Source of the DNA: an uncultured virus (IMG/VR IMGVR_UViG_3300025103_000005)
Taxonomy: Duplodnaviria; Heunggongvirae; Uroviricota; Caudoviricetes
Reading direction: 5' to 3' (one strand)
Length of the DNA stretch: 54,349 bases
Virus record (IMG/VR): IMGVR_UViG_3300025103_000005
Translations under genes and position numbers: made by a program
The notes under the pieces: model-generated
Databases searched by the model: none
What the model saw: the letters and a program-made list of their open reading frames with translations, nothing else
What the model was told of the DNA's origin: nothing
Shown here: piece after piece, positions 7,823 through 16,516 of the stretch
Position numbering within the stretch: the stretch's first letter is position 1
Layout of the letters: each line of letters opens with the position of its first letter

Positions 7823-10485
7823 TCTTCTTCCTCCTTCTTGTTGTGTGTCTTTGGTTTGCTACCCATGTGTTTCAACATATCAGCAGGTATTTCTCCGGCA
7901 TCAATCATCGCTTTGAGCAGGGCAATCGCAATACCTGCTCTATCTTCTCCTATATCTCCGCCGTCGAGGACAGCAGAAGTCACGCGCCTCTTGTCCTCCA
8001 CTATCGCATCGAACTTCTCGTCTATCGTGCCTATGACTGATAGGTAAATCGCCCACACTGTGTCGTTGTCCTGTCCTATCCTGTTGATTCTATCTTCGGC
8101 TTGTTCTTCCCATCCGGGAACCCACTCGCGCTCGATGAATACTACCGTGTCTGCGGCAGTGAGAGTAAGCCCCTCCTTCGCCGCTATCGTGGAGCAAAGT
8201 AATCCATCTAACATACCTGCTTGGAACTGTTCAACATACTGTTGCCGCTTAATTGATGGCGTGCCGCCCGCTATTACTCTCCATTTCTTGTGGTTGTATC
8301 TCTTGTCGTTAGTCATCATGTCTAACAAGCCAGCCCCTACATCTTTGTGATGATAGAATATGATGATTGGCTTGTCTTCATTCTGTGCCTTGTAGTCAGC
8401 CACCCAATCAATAGTCGCACCTACCTTGAGTGTTCCCGCATGATGACGTAAGTCAGTCAGCATATTGAGAACGAAGCCAAGAGGGATTCTCCCTTCTGCT
8501 TTGTAGTGAGCGTAGTCAGTCATCCATGTTCTATGCGCTCGCTTGTATGCAGCCATCTCTTTCTGATTAGGAACAACGGGGATAAACTGTCGCACCTTGT
8601 CTGGTAGTTCAGCCAACACTTCCTTCTTGAGCCTACGAATCATACAGTCACGTAGTTTCTCATGTAGTTCTTCGATGTTGGTTGCGCCTGTAAAATCCCA
8701 TCCCCATCTATTCTGTTCAGCACCACAGTATCTCTTTGCATACTGAAAGAAGTTCCCCTTGTATTCAGCAGGTCTAATCATTTCCAGCGTAGTGAATAGT
8801 TCAACAGGTCTGTTGGTAATGGCTGTGCCGCTTAGACACAGCACCGAGTCAGCACCGTCAGCCAACGATACGCAAGCCTGTGTCCTTTGTGCCTTTGAGT
8901 TCTTGAGATAGTGTGACTCATCGAAGATGATAAGGTTGGCTCCAAGTGAGTGAAGGTTATCCTGTTGTCGCTTCGCTAAGTCGTAGTTAATGATGGTGAA
9001 GGTTGCGCATTCTATGTCCTCCTTCCCTGTCTTCACTGCTTGAACGTCCACGTGTGGAAGCCAAGTCTGTATCTCCTTGAGCCAATTGTATTTTACATTC
9101 GCAGGGCATACTATAAGGACAGGCCATAGTTCCTCATGCAGTGCAGCATAAGCGAGGGCTTGGATTGTTTTACCTACACCCATGTCGTCACCGATTAGAC
9201 AACGACCATCTGCTAACTCAGCAAAGCGCACGCCTGCATATTGGAATGGATAGAGTGTGTAGCCGGTTGGAAATATCTTAGTCAGCCTACTCTCCATCTC
9301 CTTGACTACCTTATCGTCAGTGAGTGTAGCAGCACTGCTGATTGCTATGCGTTCAGCCTTACCCTTTAGGTAGTCAGTCAGTGCATCTATCCCTTCTAAT
9401 TCAGTGAGCAGGGAGGCAGGGCTGTTGCTCCATTCACTTGCTTCCTTGAGTTTCTTGATGAGGACAGTGGCCTCGCTTATTGGAACAGTCCATTGTTTCA
9501 TATCGGGAACCCACTTACGCCCGTTGAGTCCTTTGACTATATTCCTACAAGTGGTATCGTTGTAAGGTAGTTTGAGGAATAAAGCATCGCCCCTCAAACG
9601 CACTGCATACCCACTGCTGTTAGTCTTAGGTTCAGTAGTCTTGATTGATGCACCGACGGCATCGAGTTTGCTTGTGTCGTAGCCATACTTGGATAGTATA
9701 GAAGATACTTTCTCGATAACCATGCTGTCGAGTGAGCAAGACATGGTATAGTCTTGATACTTGAACGAAGGAAAAGGCACTGCCCCCTTGAGGTCATAGT
9801 ATAATTGGGTGTTGCGCCCCTTCCATACAAGTTTCAATCTCTTACTCTTACGTGGGTATCTTTGTTGGTAGTCATTCTTACTATACCACACCTCATCGTA
9901 TTCCTCCACGTCAAGAGAGAAGCGTGACTTGTAGTTTTCTAATTTACTCAACCCACTCTCGTTAGCACCATCCACTAACTCATTGACTGACGCTACATCT
10001 ATACCCATGTCTAAGAGTTCATTCTTCAAGGACTTCAGTTCGCTATCAGATAGAGGTGTGAAGTATGACTCGCAACCCTTCTGGGTAATGAGGTCATCCA
10101 CATAACCACTCACCTTCCGCTTACCCTTGTTTAGTTTCTTTGCATACTCTCGCTCTATCCTCTCACGCTCAAGCCTCTTCTCTTTCGCTTCCTCACCTAT
10201 CTGATGTAGTCCATCTAATGCTCTCCCCCAATCAGTAGTGGGTGCGTAGCCCGCTATCTCCATAATCTCAGGCAATTGAGTGCCGATGTATTTGCGGAAG
10301 CGTTGGCTCATCTCGATGTAGTCTTCCTCATCCATCTCATCCTTAGCAGCCACTCGCTTGAAGAAGGGAGCGTCCGGTGCGTTAGGCCCAATGTCATCCT
10401 TGATGTGAATGCTATTCACTTCGTGATGGATAGACACGAACGCCTTTACCATCCTCATCATGTCGTCTTTGTTTGGTGTAATCAT
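7819..10485 (-). CDS. SNF2-family helicase/translocase (SMARCAL1/HARP-like)
   Basis: DDMGVGKT, DESH, LSGT, EGLTLT, QAEDRINRIGQ; HARP-like segment LPYND...GRKWVPDMKQWTVP. Confidence 0.9.
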   Translation of the reverse strand: MITPNKDDMMRMVKAFVSIHHEVNSIHIKDDIGPNAPDAPFFKRVAAKDEMDEEDYIEMSQRFRKYIGTQLPEIMEIAGYAPTTDWGRALDGLHQIGEEAKEKRLERERIEREYAKKLNKGKRKVSGYVDDLITQKGCESYFTPLSDSELKSLKNELLDMGIDVASVNELVDGANESGLSKLENYKSRFSLDVEEYDEVWYSKNDYQQRYPRKSKRLKLVWKGRNTQLYYDLKGAVPFPSFKYQDYTMSCSLDSMVIEKVSSILSKYGYDTSKLDAVGASIKTTEPKTNSSGYAVRLRGDALFLKLPYNDTTCRNIVKGLNGRKWVPDMKQWTVPISEATVLIKKLKEASEWSNSPASLLTELEGIDALTDYLKGKAERIAISSAATLTDDKVVKEMESRLTKIFPTGYTLYPFQYAGVRFAELADGRCLIGDDMGVGKTIQALAYAALHEELWPVLIVCPANVKYNWLKEIQTWLPHVDVQAVKTGKEDIECATFTIINYDLAKRQQDNLHSLGANLIIFDESHYLKNSKAQRTQACVSLADGADSVLCLSGTAITNRPVELFTTLEMIRPAEYKGNFFQYAKRYCGAEQNRWGWDFTGATNIEELHEKLRDCMIRRLKKEVLAELPDKVRQFIPVVPNQKEMAAYKRAHRTWMTDYAHYKAEGRIPLGFVLNMLTDLRHHAGTLKVGATIDWVADYKAQNEDKPIIIFYHHKDVGAGLLDMMTNDKRYNHKKWRVIAGGTPSIKRQQYVEQFQAGMLDGLLCSTIAAKEGLTLTAADTVVFIEREWVPGWEEQAEDRINRIGQDNDTVWAIYLSVIGTIDEKFDAIVEDKRRVTSAVLDGGDIGEDRAGIAIALLKAMIDAGEIPADMLKHMGSKPKTHNKKEEEE

Positions 10486-10754
10486 TCTTCTTCATCTCCT
10501 ATTTCCCACGCCATCAAGCAGTTAGAACTCGATTCCCATCCATGTGTAGCCACTTGGTAATAGTGATGTAGTTCCTTAGCAAACACATCAGTCGCTTGCT
10601 CATAAATCTCCATCGCTTCTTCAAGTGTATCTATATTGTATGCCTCATCCATAGCGCCGAGTGATTCGCTTTCATCCCATGCGGCTTGGTCTTCGGGTGC
10701 ATACCACACTAACACAGCATACTCTGTTGCTTTCTCAGGTAGTGGGTCACTCAT
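10482..10754 (-). CDS. Hypothetical acidic protein (90 aa)
   Basis: ORF track; ATGA-coupled on both sides. Confidence 0.75.
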   Translation of the reverse strand: MSDPLPEKATEYAVLVWYAPEDQAAWDESESLGAMDEAYNIDTLEEAMEIYEQATDVFAKELHHYYQVATHGWESSSNCLMAWEIGDEEE

Positions 10755-10927
10755 TCTTCCTCGCCTCCTATCATCGTAGGTAAATCAATCCAGCCCCATC
10801 CTGAACGCCCACATTTACTACACGTAATCGTTATTTGGAACTGTTCGTATGGTTCATCCCAAAACATATCACTCATCTCCCAATGGTGGTCTTTGATACT
10901 CACTACCTCAGTTCTGCAATCGCTCAT
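10751..10927 (-). CDS. Small hypothetical protein (58 aa) with CxxC, not in ORF track
   Basis: MSDCRTEVVSIKDHHW...ITCSKCGRSGWGWIDLPTMIGGEEE; fills the gap exactly with ATGA overlaps at both ends. Confidence 0.75.
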   Translation of the reverse strand: MSDCRTEVVSIKDHHWEMSDMFWDEPYEQFQITITCSKCGRSGWGWIDLPTMIGGEEE

Positions 10928-11205
10928 ACATACACCTCATCAATCAGCCACTCACCATCTTCAGGAGTGAGTGTGCCTTCACGAGTCAAGTGCATAACCA
11001 TCCTTGCGCCTGCCCTTGCCTCCATCACTTGCCTTCGTAGCCCATCTATTTCCTCGCATAACCTTATGACTTCTCTCTCATGTTCTTCTTTGTAATCATC
11101 AATGCGCGTCGCGGCTACCTCCAGCCTAAGCCTAAGCGCGCTGTTCTCTTTCTTCAATCTCCAATATCCATGCTTCCATTTGTTGTGTTCATCTGTTTCA
11201 TTCAT
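10924..11205 (-). CDS. Hypothetical coiled-coil protein (93 aa)
   Basis: ORF track; GAGGTGAGGAAGA SD. Confidence 0.75.
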   Translation of the reverse strand: MNETDEHNKWKHGYWRLKKENSALRLRLEVAATRIDDYKEEHEREVIRLCEEIDGLRRQVMEARAGARMVMHLTREGTLTPEDGEWLIDEVYV

Positions 11206-11211
11206 TCTTCC

Positions 11212-11682
11212 TCACCTCTTCGCACAATTATCATCTTCAGTAATAGGGTGGTGTTCTCCGCAAATCCTACATTTACCCTCACCATCGTAGTAATCCACTA
11301 CTTTATCATAGCATCTATGTCTGCAAACTTCTTTCATGCCGTTTGGTACTAGGTAATCGTCTGATGAAAAACCGTTACCATCAAGGGAAACTCTCGCCAT
11401 TTGTGAATCATCGTGTTCATGGATATATAACCCCTCATTACCGCAGTAATCACAAGTTACAAAATCACATTTTTCACAAGACATTTCAGACCATGTATGT
11501 TCTTCCATCTCCTTCCCACACTCAGAACAGTATAGACAGGATTTGCAGTAATGTGCGAGATTACCGTCTTCATCTTTAACCTCAACTTCTTCACATCCAA
11601 GAGTATGACATTCATCAGGCTCTCTATTCATTAGTCTTATATTTTGGTCTATGGCCCACTGTGGTAGTTTTTCAGAGTTCAT
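11212..11682 (-). CDS. Cys-rich multi-Zn-finger protein (156 aa)
   Basis: Repeated CxxC pairs (CKSC, CSEC, CEKC, CDYC, CRIC). Confidence 0.7.
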   Translation of the reverse strand: MNSEKLPQWAIDQNIRLMNREPDECHTLGCEEVEVKDEDGNLAHYCKSCLYCSECGKEMEEHTWSEMSCEKCDFVTCDYCGNEGLYIHEHDDSQMARVSLDGNGFSSDDYLVPNGMKEVCRHRCYDKVVDYYDGEGKCRICGEHHPITEDDNCAKR

Positions 11683-11939
11683 TCTTCCTCACCTCGATGG
11701 ACCCAGCCTAACGAGTCAGCATGTGGGTCATGGAGAGTCAGTTCCACCCATGACTCATCCTCATGGAATACATGGCAACACTCATGGGCCACGCTAGTCA
11801 AGCAACCATCTGCTAAGTGATACCACACGATGGGCGTATCTAATTCACAGTCCTCTTTCTCTATGAGAAGACGCATCGTGTCTATGACCTCACGAATGGT
11901 GAGCATAGTGTATGGAGGATAGCGCTTGTCCTCGCTCAT
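11679..11939 (-). CDS. Hypothetical protein (start re-assigned to MSEDKRY at 11939)
   Basis: GGAGG SD and ATGA overlap with the upstream small ORF. Confidence 0.7.
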   Translation of the reverse strand: MSEDKRYPPYTMLTIREVIDTMRLLIEKEDCELDTPIVWYHLADGCLTSVAHECCHVFHEDESWVELTLHDPHADSLGWVHRGEEE

Positions 11940-12097
11940 GGTCGCCCCTCCATTATCCAAGTATAGACAGGACACGTTTCGTTGTGCATATCTATGCGGT
12001 GTAGCACCTTGTCCTTCCTCATTTGATAGGTGTGGGGAGGATAACACAAGCAAGTTATGTGCCAGCGTGTCCTCATCTTACCGATGGCAGGCATCAT
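11936..12097 (-). CDS. Small hypothetical protein (53 aa), not in ORF track
   Basis: MMPAIGKMRTRWHITCLC...HNETCPVYTWIMEGRP; ATGA overlaps both ends. Confidence 0.6.
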   Translation of the reverse strand: MMPAIGKMRTRWHITCLCYPPHTYQMRKDKVLHRIDMHNETCPVYTWIMEGRP

Positions 12098-12228
12098 TCA
12101 TCCCTCTGATTCTCACAACGTGTGCATAGAACCATTCCTCTATACTTGGCTTTCACTATCCCTACTGTTGCACAAGTGCAAGGGTGGGGCTGCTCCATTC
12201 TTTGTTCAGCAATACTACTCAGCATCAT
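12094..12228 (-). CDS. Putative Zn-ribbon microprotein (up to 44 aa)
   Basis: MMLSSIAEQRMEQPHPCTC...VLCTRCENQRDE; first ORF below promoter copy 3. Confidence 0.55.
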   Translation of the reverse strand: MMLSSIAEQRMEQPHPCTCATVGIVKAKYRGMVLCTRCENQRDE

Positions 12229-12236
12229 TTCTTGTA

Positions 12237-12261
12237 TACTATCTTCGTTTAAATACCAAAG
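12237..12261 (-). promoter_or_regulatory. Conserved early promoter, copy 3
   Basis: Exact copy of the 25-bp motif. Confidence 0.8.
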
Positions 12262-12754
12262 CCTTTTTTCGTCAAGGTTTCATCGAGGTTTTGGATTGAG
12301 GGTCAGTAACATGAGCGTGGTATCCTGTTTTTATGCGTGTGATACCATAGTTTTCCGATGATTCTATTGTCTTGTCTATACAATCGGACAGTTCGATTGT
12401 CCTACTACCCCTCTATACTACACTATTATTCTCCTTGTTTAGACAATACTAAGGAAACATCGGAAAGGTTCTGCCGTCTGTCCGAATCCGCGCTGTCCTC
12501 ATGTGTGTATGTGCAAATTAGCACAGTCTGCATAATCATCAGTGATATACAACCATGTGGGGGAGCATAGGACACACCGAAATAAGCATCGCTGCTTAAG
12601 TCAAGGGTATGTGGGGGTGTATCTCTCTCCGATAGTGAGAGGATATTCTATGAGAATACCAACCGTATGGGTGGGCGAGGCAAGTGATGTTGTGAGCCAC
12701 GATAAACCGCCTGCGGTTGTGGAACGAAGGACATCAATGACGAAGACCAACCCC

Positions 12755-12846
12755 GCCGTCTGCTCTCAGATGCCTTGCGGTCTGCTCAGATATCCCACGC
12801 ATACGGGTACGGTCTGCTCTCAGATACCCTGTGGTCTGCGGTCTGA
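12755..12846. repeat. Cluster of GGTCTGC-type repeats, including two 28-bp near-identical units (12758-12785, 12812-12839)
   Basis: gtctgctctcagat-gccttgc/accctgt-ggtctgc; the reverse complement GCAGACCGCA resembles the GCATACCGCA array. Confidence 0.75.
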
Positions 12847-12871
12847 CTTAGCCCGCGCGTGTAGCATGAAG

Positions 12872-13055
12872 CCAAGCCAAAAAAAATGCCCCCACCCCGC
12901 GAGTGCGGGGCGAGGGTAGGTAGGAGGACAGGGCATCGCCGCCATGATTGCACCGGCATGGTCGCGCCCTGCCCCCCTGTTCGTGAGCGTGTTGCCGCAC
13001 CCCCGCCGCTTGGACGGGGGGCGGTTGCGTAGTTCAGCCAATAACTAAGGCTTGG
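12872..13055 (-). ncRNA. Candidate structured RNA / 3' UTR with three stem-loops
   Basis: Stems CCGC-CCCCCG/CGGGGG-U-GCGG, GGGGGGCAGGGC/GCCCUGUCCUCC and the terminator hairpin; ends CCAAGCC/GGCUUGG are complementary. Confidence 0.45.
12879..12918 (-). terminator. GC-rich hairpin followed by a U8 tract
   Basis: Minus strand CCCUCGCCCCGC-ACUC-GCGGGGUGGGGG-CA-UUUUUUUU; 12-bp stem whose two G-U pairs form only on the minus strand. Confidence 0.7.
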
Positions 13056-13062
13056 AATCTAT

Positions 13063-13791
13063 TCAAGCGACATTACGGTCAAGGAACGCCTGTGCGCCCT
13101 TCGCCGTCTTGCCCTTGAACCCGAACTCTTTTGCGGCCAAGAGGACTACCTCGTCTTGGCTGATGTTGCCCTCAGTGGTGATGGTGAGGCCATCCATGAT
13201 GAGCCAAGCCGCACGCTGAGTGTGAGTGCGAGCCTGCTTTCGCAGGTCTTTCGCATCCTCTCGCTCGTGCCACTGCTTCCCATTTGTAGGTGGGATGAAG
13301 GTGCGACACCATGCTGCTGCTGCCTTACGCTGACTTGGGTAGCCACGAATGTTACCGTCGCCGTCAAAGACGCCGCGTGCTATCCACACACCGCCGTCAG
13401 CGATGGCCTGCTTAAGTCCGGCCTCTCGCTTGGCTGCCTTTGCTGTGAGGTGTGCAGCATAGCGTAGTTTCTCCATGTGGTAAGCAAGCACAGGTACTTT
13501 TCCTGTCTTTGCTGATGGTGTAAACTTGACCTTACTAGCCTTGATTGCACCGGCATGGTCGCACTTAACTGGTAGGTTACTTGCTACTTTTCGGTTAGCA
13601 ACTGCATCTTTGATGTAGCGGTGTAGGGCGTTCTTTGCTTGAGCCACCGTAGGTGTCCAAGCCCCTTTGACGGGGGCTGCTCCGGTGCAGATGAAGTCGA
13701 GCGTCATTGTTGCTCCACCCCACACTGCAAGAAGCCCCAGTACAAGGGTCTGCATTTCCATTGTGTTCTGTCGTGTTTTGTTCATTTTCAT
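13063..13791 (-). CDS. Basic Ala/Lys-rich hypothetical protein (242 aa), stand-alone transcription unit
   Basis: ORF track; GGCGGAG SD; own promoter (copy 4) and downstream terminator. Confidence 0.8.
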   Translation of the reverse strand: MKMNKTRQNTMEMQTLVLGLLAVWGGATMTLDFICTGAAPVKGAWTPTVAQAKNALHRYIKDAVANRKVASNLPVKCDHAGAIKASKVKFTPSAKTGKVPVLAYHMEKLRYAAHLTAKAAKREAGLKQAIADGGVWIARGVFDGDGNIRGYPSQRKAAAAWCRTFIPPTNGKQWHEREDAKDLRKQARTHTQRAAWLIMDGLTITTEGNISQDEVVLLAAKEFGFKGKTAKGAQAFLDRNVA

Positions 13792-13819
13792 TTCTCCGCC
13801 GTTGTCGGCAAATACACTA

Positions 13820-13844
13820 TACTATCTTCGTTTAAATACCAAAG
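13820..13844 (-). promoter_or_regulatory. Conserved early promoter, copy 4
   Basis: Exact copy of the 25-bp motif; identity with copy 1 extends to 31 bp. Confidence 0.8.
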
Positions 13845-13912
13845 CATGAAAGAAGGGGTCGGATTTACTTACTCTTATGTGCGACGCAAGGCATGATGTG
13901 AGAGGATTCAGA

Positions 13913-14312
13913 GCATACCGCAACAGCATACCGCAAAAGCAAACCGCGTGGGGGAGAGGTGTATTTGATACGACCAACCATACGGGTGGGGAATCCAAAG
14001 CGGTGCAAGGGCTGGCGTTGATGGTGAGGCGCAGCCGCGCAGTATAGCGGTTTTGTTGTAGCCTTGACCCTTAGCAAACGAGCGTATATGGGTGTATAGT
14101 GCGAGCGTAGTGCCGTCTTGCGGCACACGCGAGAGGCACACCGCTTGCGGGTGTGCCGGTCATATGAGCGCACGAAAGCAATAGCATACCGCAAGCATAC
14201 CGCAGGGCATACCGCAAGATGGTGTGGAAACTGCACCGCCGCAGTGGTGCATACCGCAAGCATACCGCAAGCCTTAGCCGGAGCAATAGGGCATACCGCA
14301 ATAGCATACCGC
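13913..14312 (+). repeat. Array of nine GCATACCGC(A) direct repeats (iteron/pac-like) at the strand-switch point
   Basis: Copies start at 13913, 13926, 14184, 14195, 14207, 14249, 14260, 14291, 14304; 11-13 bp spacing within clusters. Confidence 0.85.
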
Positions 14313-14393
14313 TCTATAGTCACACACAGCGCTGGAGAAAATTTTCACAAAAACAGATAATCCGCGCCAAAGCGACTTTGTTTCATTTATCAA

Positions 14394-15854
14394 TTGTTTA
14401 TCCATCGAAACGTCAAAGAGGTTGACCGCTTTCCGTCATTCGTGAGTGCAGTGTGGCCTATCGACCGAGCATTCGATATTCTGAAGGCTCAGACTACGTT
14501 AGACCAATGGGGAATGAAGCCAAAACCAGTGCCGAAGAGGAAAAATAAGATTTTTGAAAAATTAGAGAGGTTTCGTCGCTACGATGAGGTTCCTGACTCG
14601 GTAAAGATGCATTTGTTGCCCAAAAATCACGACCATTACCCTCACGAGTTCGCAAATGAGATGGATGAAATAAAGACGAATGCACCTTGGGGGCTCGATG
14701 TGCCTATGCATGAGAGGCTTCTGAATCAAGGTGACGGTTTGTCGTTCCAAGTGACTCAGGACCATATTGACGCACAATACAAAACAAAAGCAAGGGAATG
14801 GGCGGAAAGGCTACACAGGCTTAGAGGAGATGAAGAGCGGATTTCGTATCTCTCACCGACATATAAACAACGGAGGGAATGGTTTGGTGAAGATGGCTTA
14901 CTTCTTACGCCTCAAGAAAAATGGTATCTAAGAGACCAACCAGTATCGAGAACTCTTCTTGAACAAGATGCCTATCTGGAAGATAGGAATATCAAAAGGG
15001 AGCAGGCCAATTGGAATGAGTTAGAAAAGTTAGGATTTAGAGAAGACAGCCTAGAACTACCGAGTTATTATGCTATGCCTTTTAGTCCCATTCTCAATCC
15101 AGAGACTTCTCGTGATAGCACTTTACCTGAGCATGATTGGAGTCTCGATAGGACTACTGGTTGGGAGGGCATAGAGCCAGTTAGCGCTGTACGATACATG
15201 GCCCCCGAATATGCGATGGATGCGCAAAAACGGGGAATTAAAGGGCGTGAAATGGAGGAAGATTCTCAGATGTGGGAGCACGAGTTTCGGGGTACTCATG
15301 GAAGGAGGATGCCTTTTGAGGTGGGACCGCCGTGGCCGATGAGCGATTCGACTTATCGTGACCAAGATAATCCTTATCTTGGTAATTTTATGTTTCCTGC
15401 ACCAGCAATTGATAATGGAAGACTCCGTGACTCATCGAAGGAAAAAACAGCCCGTGTAAAGCCAGTGGGCTTTGGGGGGAGGGGGAGTGAGGACAAGCAA
15501 TGGATAGGAGTAAGAGGAAACCCGTCTAAAATGACGGGGCAATTTGCTAACACTGGACATGCTACAGAGGGGGCAGAGGCTTTTATTGAGGGAGATTTTC
15601 CACCAGAGCAACTTATTACTGGGGGTGTGCCGAAAACGTGGCAAACTCGCGCCACACTAGCGGGAAATCGAGAGTGGGGGCATTTACCAAATGCATTTAT
15701 TCAAGGATTGATGCCTGACGGTGCAGCAGACCACATAATGGGTTGGGAACAGAGAGATGGGATGTATACCTTCTATGATAAGAATCGCAACCACGTGCTG
15801 GGACCGATTTCCAGAGACGATATGGCTGAGAGAATATCCGGAGGCTTCCAATGA
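14394..15854 (+). CDS. Leader-family protein with putative ART/Tpt1-like C-terminal domain (true start probably GTG 14442 or 14451)
   Basis: PIDRAFDILK leader variant, then QTTLDQW; VRYM..KRGIK, GNFMF, IGVRG and EAFIEGDFPPEQL align by eye with 18094 and 21225. Confidence 0.6.
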   Translation: MFIHRNVKEVDRFPSFVSAVWPIDRAFDILKAQTTLDQWGMKPKPVPKRKNKIFEKLERFRRYDEVPDSVKMHLLPKNHDHYPHEFANEMDEIKTNAPWGLDVPMHERLLNQGDGLSFQVTQDHIDAQYKTKAREWAERLHRLRGDEERISYLSPTYKQRREWFGEDGLLLTPQEKWYLRDQPVSRTLLEQDAYLEDRNIKREQANWNELEKLGFREDSLELPSYYAMPFSPILNPETSRDSTLPEHDWSLDRTTGWEGIEPVSAVRYMAPEYAMDAQKRGIKGREMEEDSQMWEHEFRGTHGRRMPFEVGPPWPMSDSTYRDQDNPYLGNFMFPAPAIDNGRLRDSSKEKTARVKPVGFGGRGSEDKQWIGVRGNPSKMTGQFANTGHATEGAEAFIEGDFPPEQLITGGVPKTWQTRATLAGNREWGHLPNAFIQGLMPDGAADHIMGWEQRDGMYTFYDKNRNHVLGPISRDDMAERISGGFQ

Positions 15855-16516
15855 CGCCTTTCGACAAAGCATGGACTTTTCTCAAAGCACCTATGGTCGA
15901 TGGTAGTTTAGAAAGGCGCGACACGTGGCAAGATAATGAGGGGGATGAGAACGTTCGCTATGTCGCTGACTTCAAGCATCCTGAGACTGGCGAGATGCAC
16001 CCGATGGTGGCTGACATCAATCATGCCGAAACAGACACGATGTATGGGAGATTTTCACATCCGATGATAAACATGAACATTTTACCACCTAATCATGATG
16101 TAGGCGATGTGCCAAAAAACCGGATGTTCTCTGAAGAAGATAGTTACAGGCACTCAATAGCAGAGGCTTCCTTTCGACCTCAAGAAAGCGATAATAACTT
16201 CGCCAATAGGAACATGATAGGTATGCCGAGAGTTAAGGATGCTGGACCAATGAGAAGAATGAAAGGATTTGAAGATTGGAAAGAAGATAATCCTGAACAT
16301 TCAGACATCAGTTTGATGGATTATATGATAATGTTGGATAATTACAAACATCAGGGTCATGGGACTGCCATGTATGATATGGCTGCTGATGTTCTCGACA
16401 GGGAGACACGAGGAGGTCATGTAATTGTGCGCGATGATGACCAAACCAATAATGCTGAAAGAATGTGGGCGAAACACAAGCATAGAAGTAATTGGCCGCA
16501 TAGGGGGCAAAGATGA
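15851..16516 (+). CDS. Leader-family protein with GNAT acetyltransferase-like domain
   Basis: MTPFDKAWTFLK leader; acetyl-CoA motif A-like YKHQGHGTAMYD and QTNNAERMW. Confidence 0.65.
   Translation: MTPFDKAWTFLKAPMVDGSLERRDTWQDNEGDENVRYVADFKHPETGEMHPMVADINHAETDTMYGRFSHPMINMNILPPNHDVGDVPKNRMFSEEDSYRHSIAEASFRPQESDNNFANRNMIGMPRVKDAGPMRRMKGFEDWKEDNPEHSDISLMDYMIMLDNYKHQGHGTAMYDMAADVLDRETRGGHVIVRDDDQTNNAERMWAKHKHRSNWPHRGQR

Noticed and set aside
11940..12053. N-terminal extension of ORF 11679..12053
   Set aside because: A better start with SD and ATGA coupling exists at 11939, and another frame fills this interval
12057..13041. ORF-track calls 12057..12299, 12122..12361, 12358..12570, 12542..12919 and 12820..13041
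   Set aside because: They overlap a promoter, repeats and hairpins, lack RBS, and most oppose the local gene direction
12945..13562. Diversity-generating retroelement TR/VR pair
   Set aside because: Match is only 21-25 nt, with no series of adenine-specific mismatches and no reverse transcriptase in the window
13913..14312. CRISPR or mini-CRISPR array
   Set aside because: Repeats are only 9-10 bp with irregular, mostly 1-3 bp gaps; no spacer-length regularity and no cas genes
13865..14425. Overlapping ORFs across the repeat array (e.g. 13865..14323 minus, 14118..14360 plus)
   Set aside because: Translations simply mirror the DNA repeats (YAIAVC, LRYA, HTA); no SD; likely non-coding
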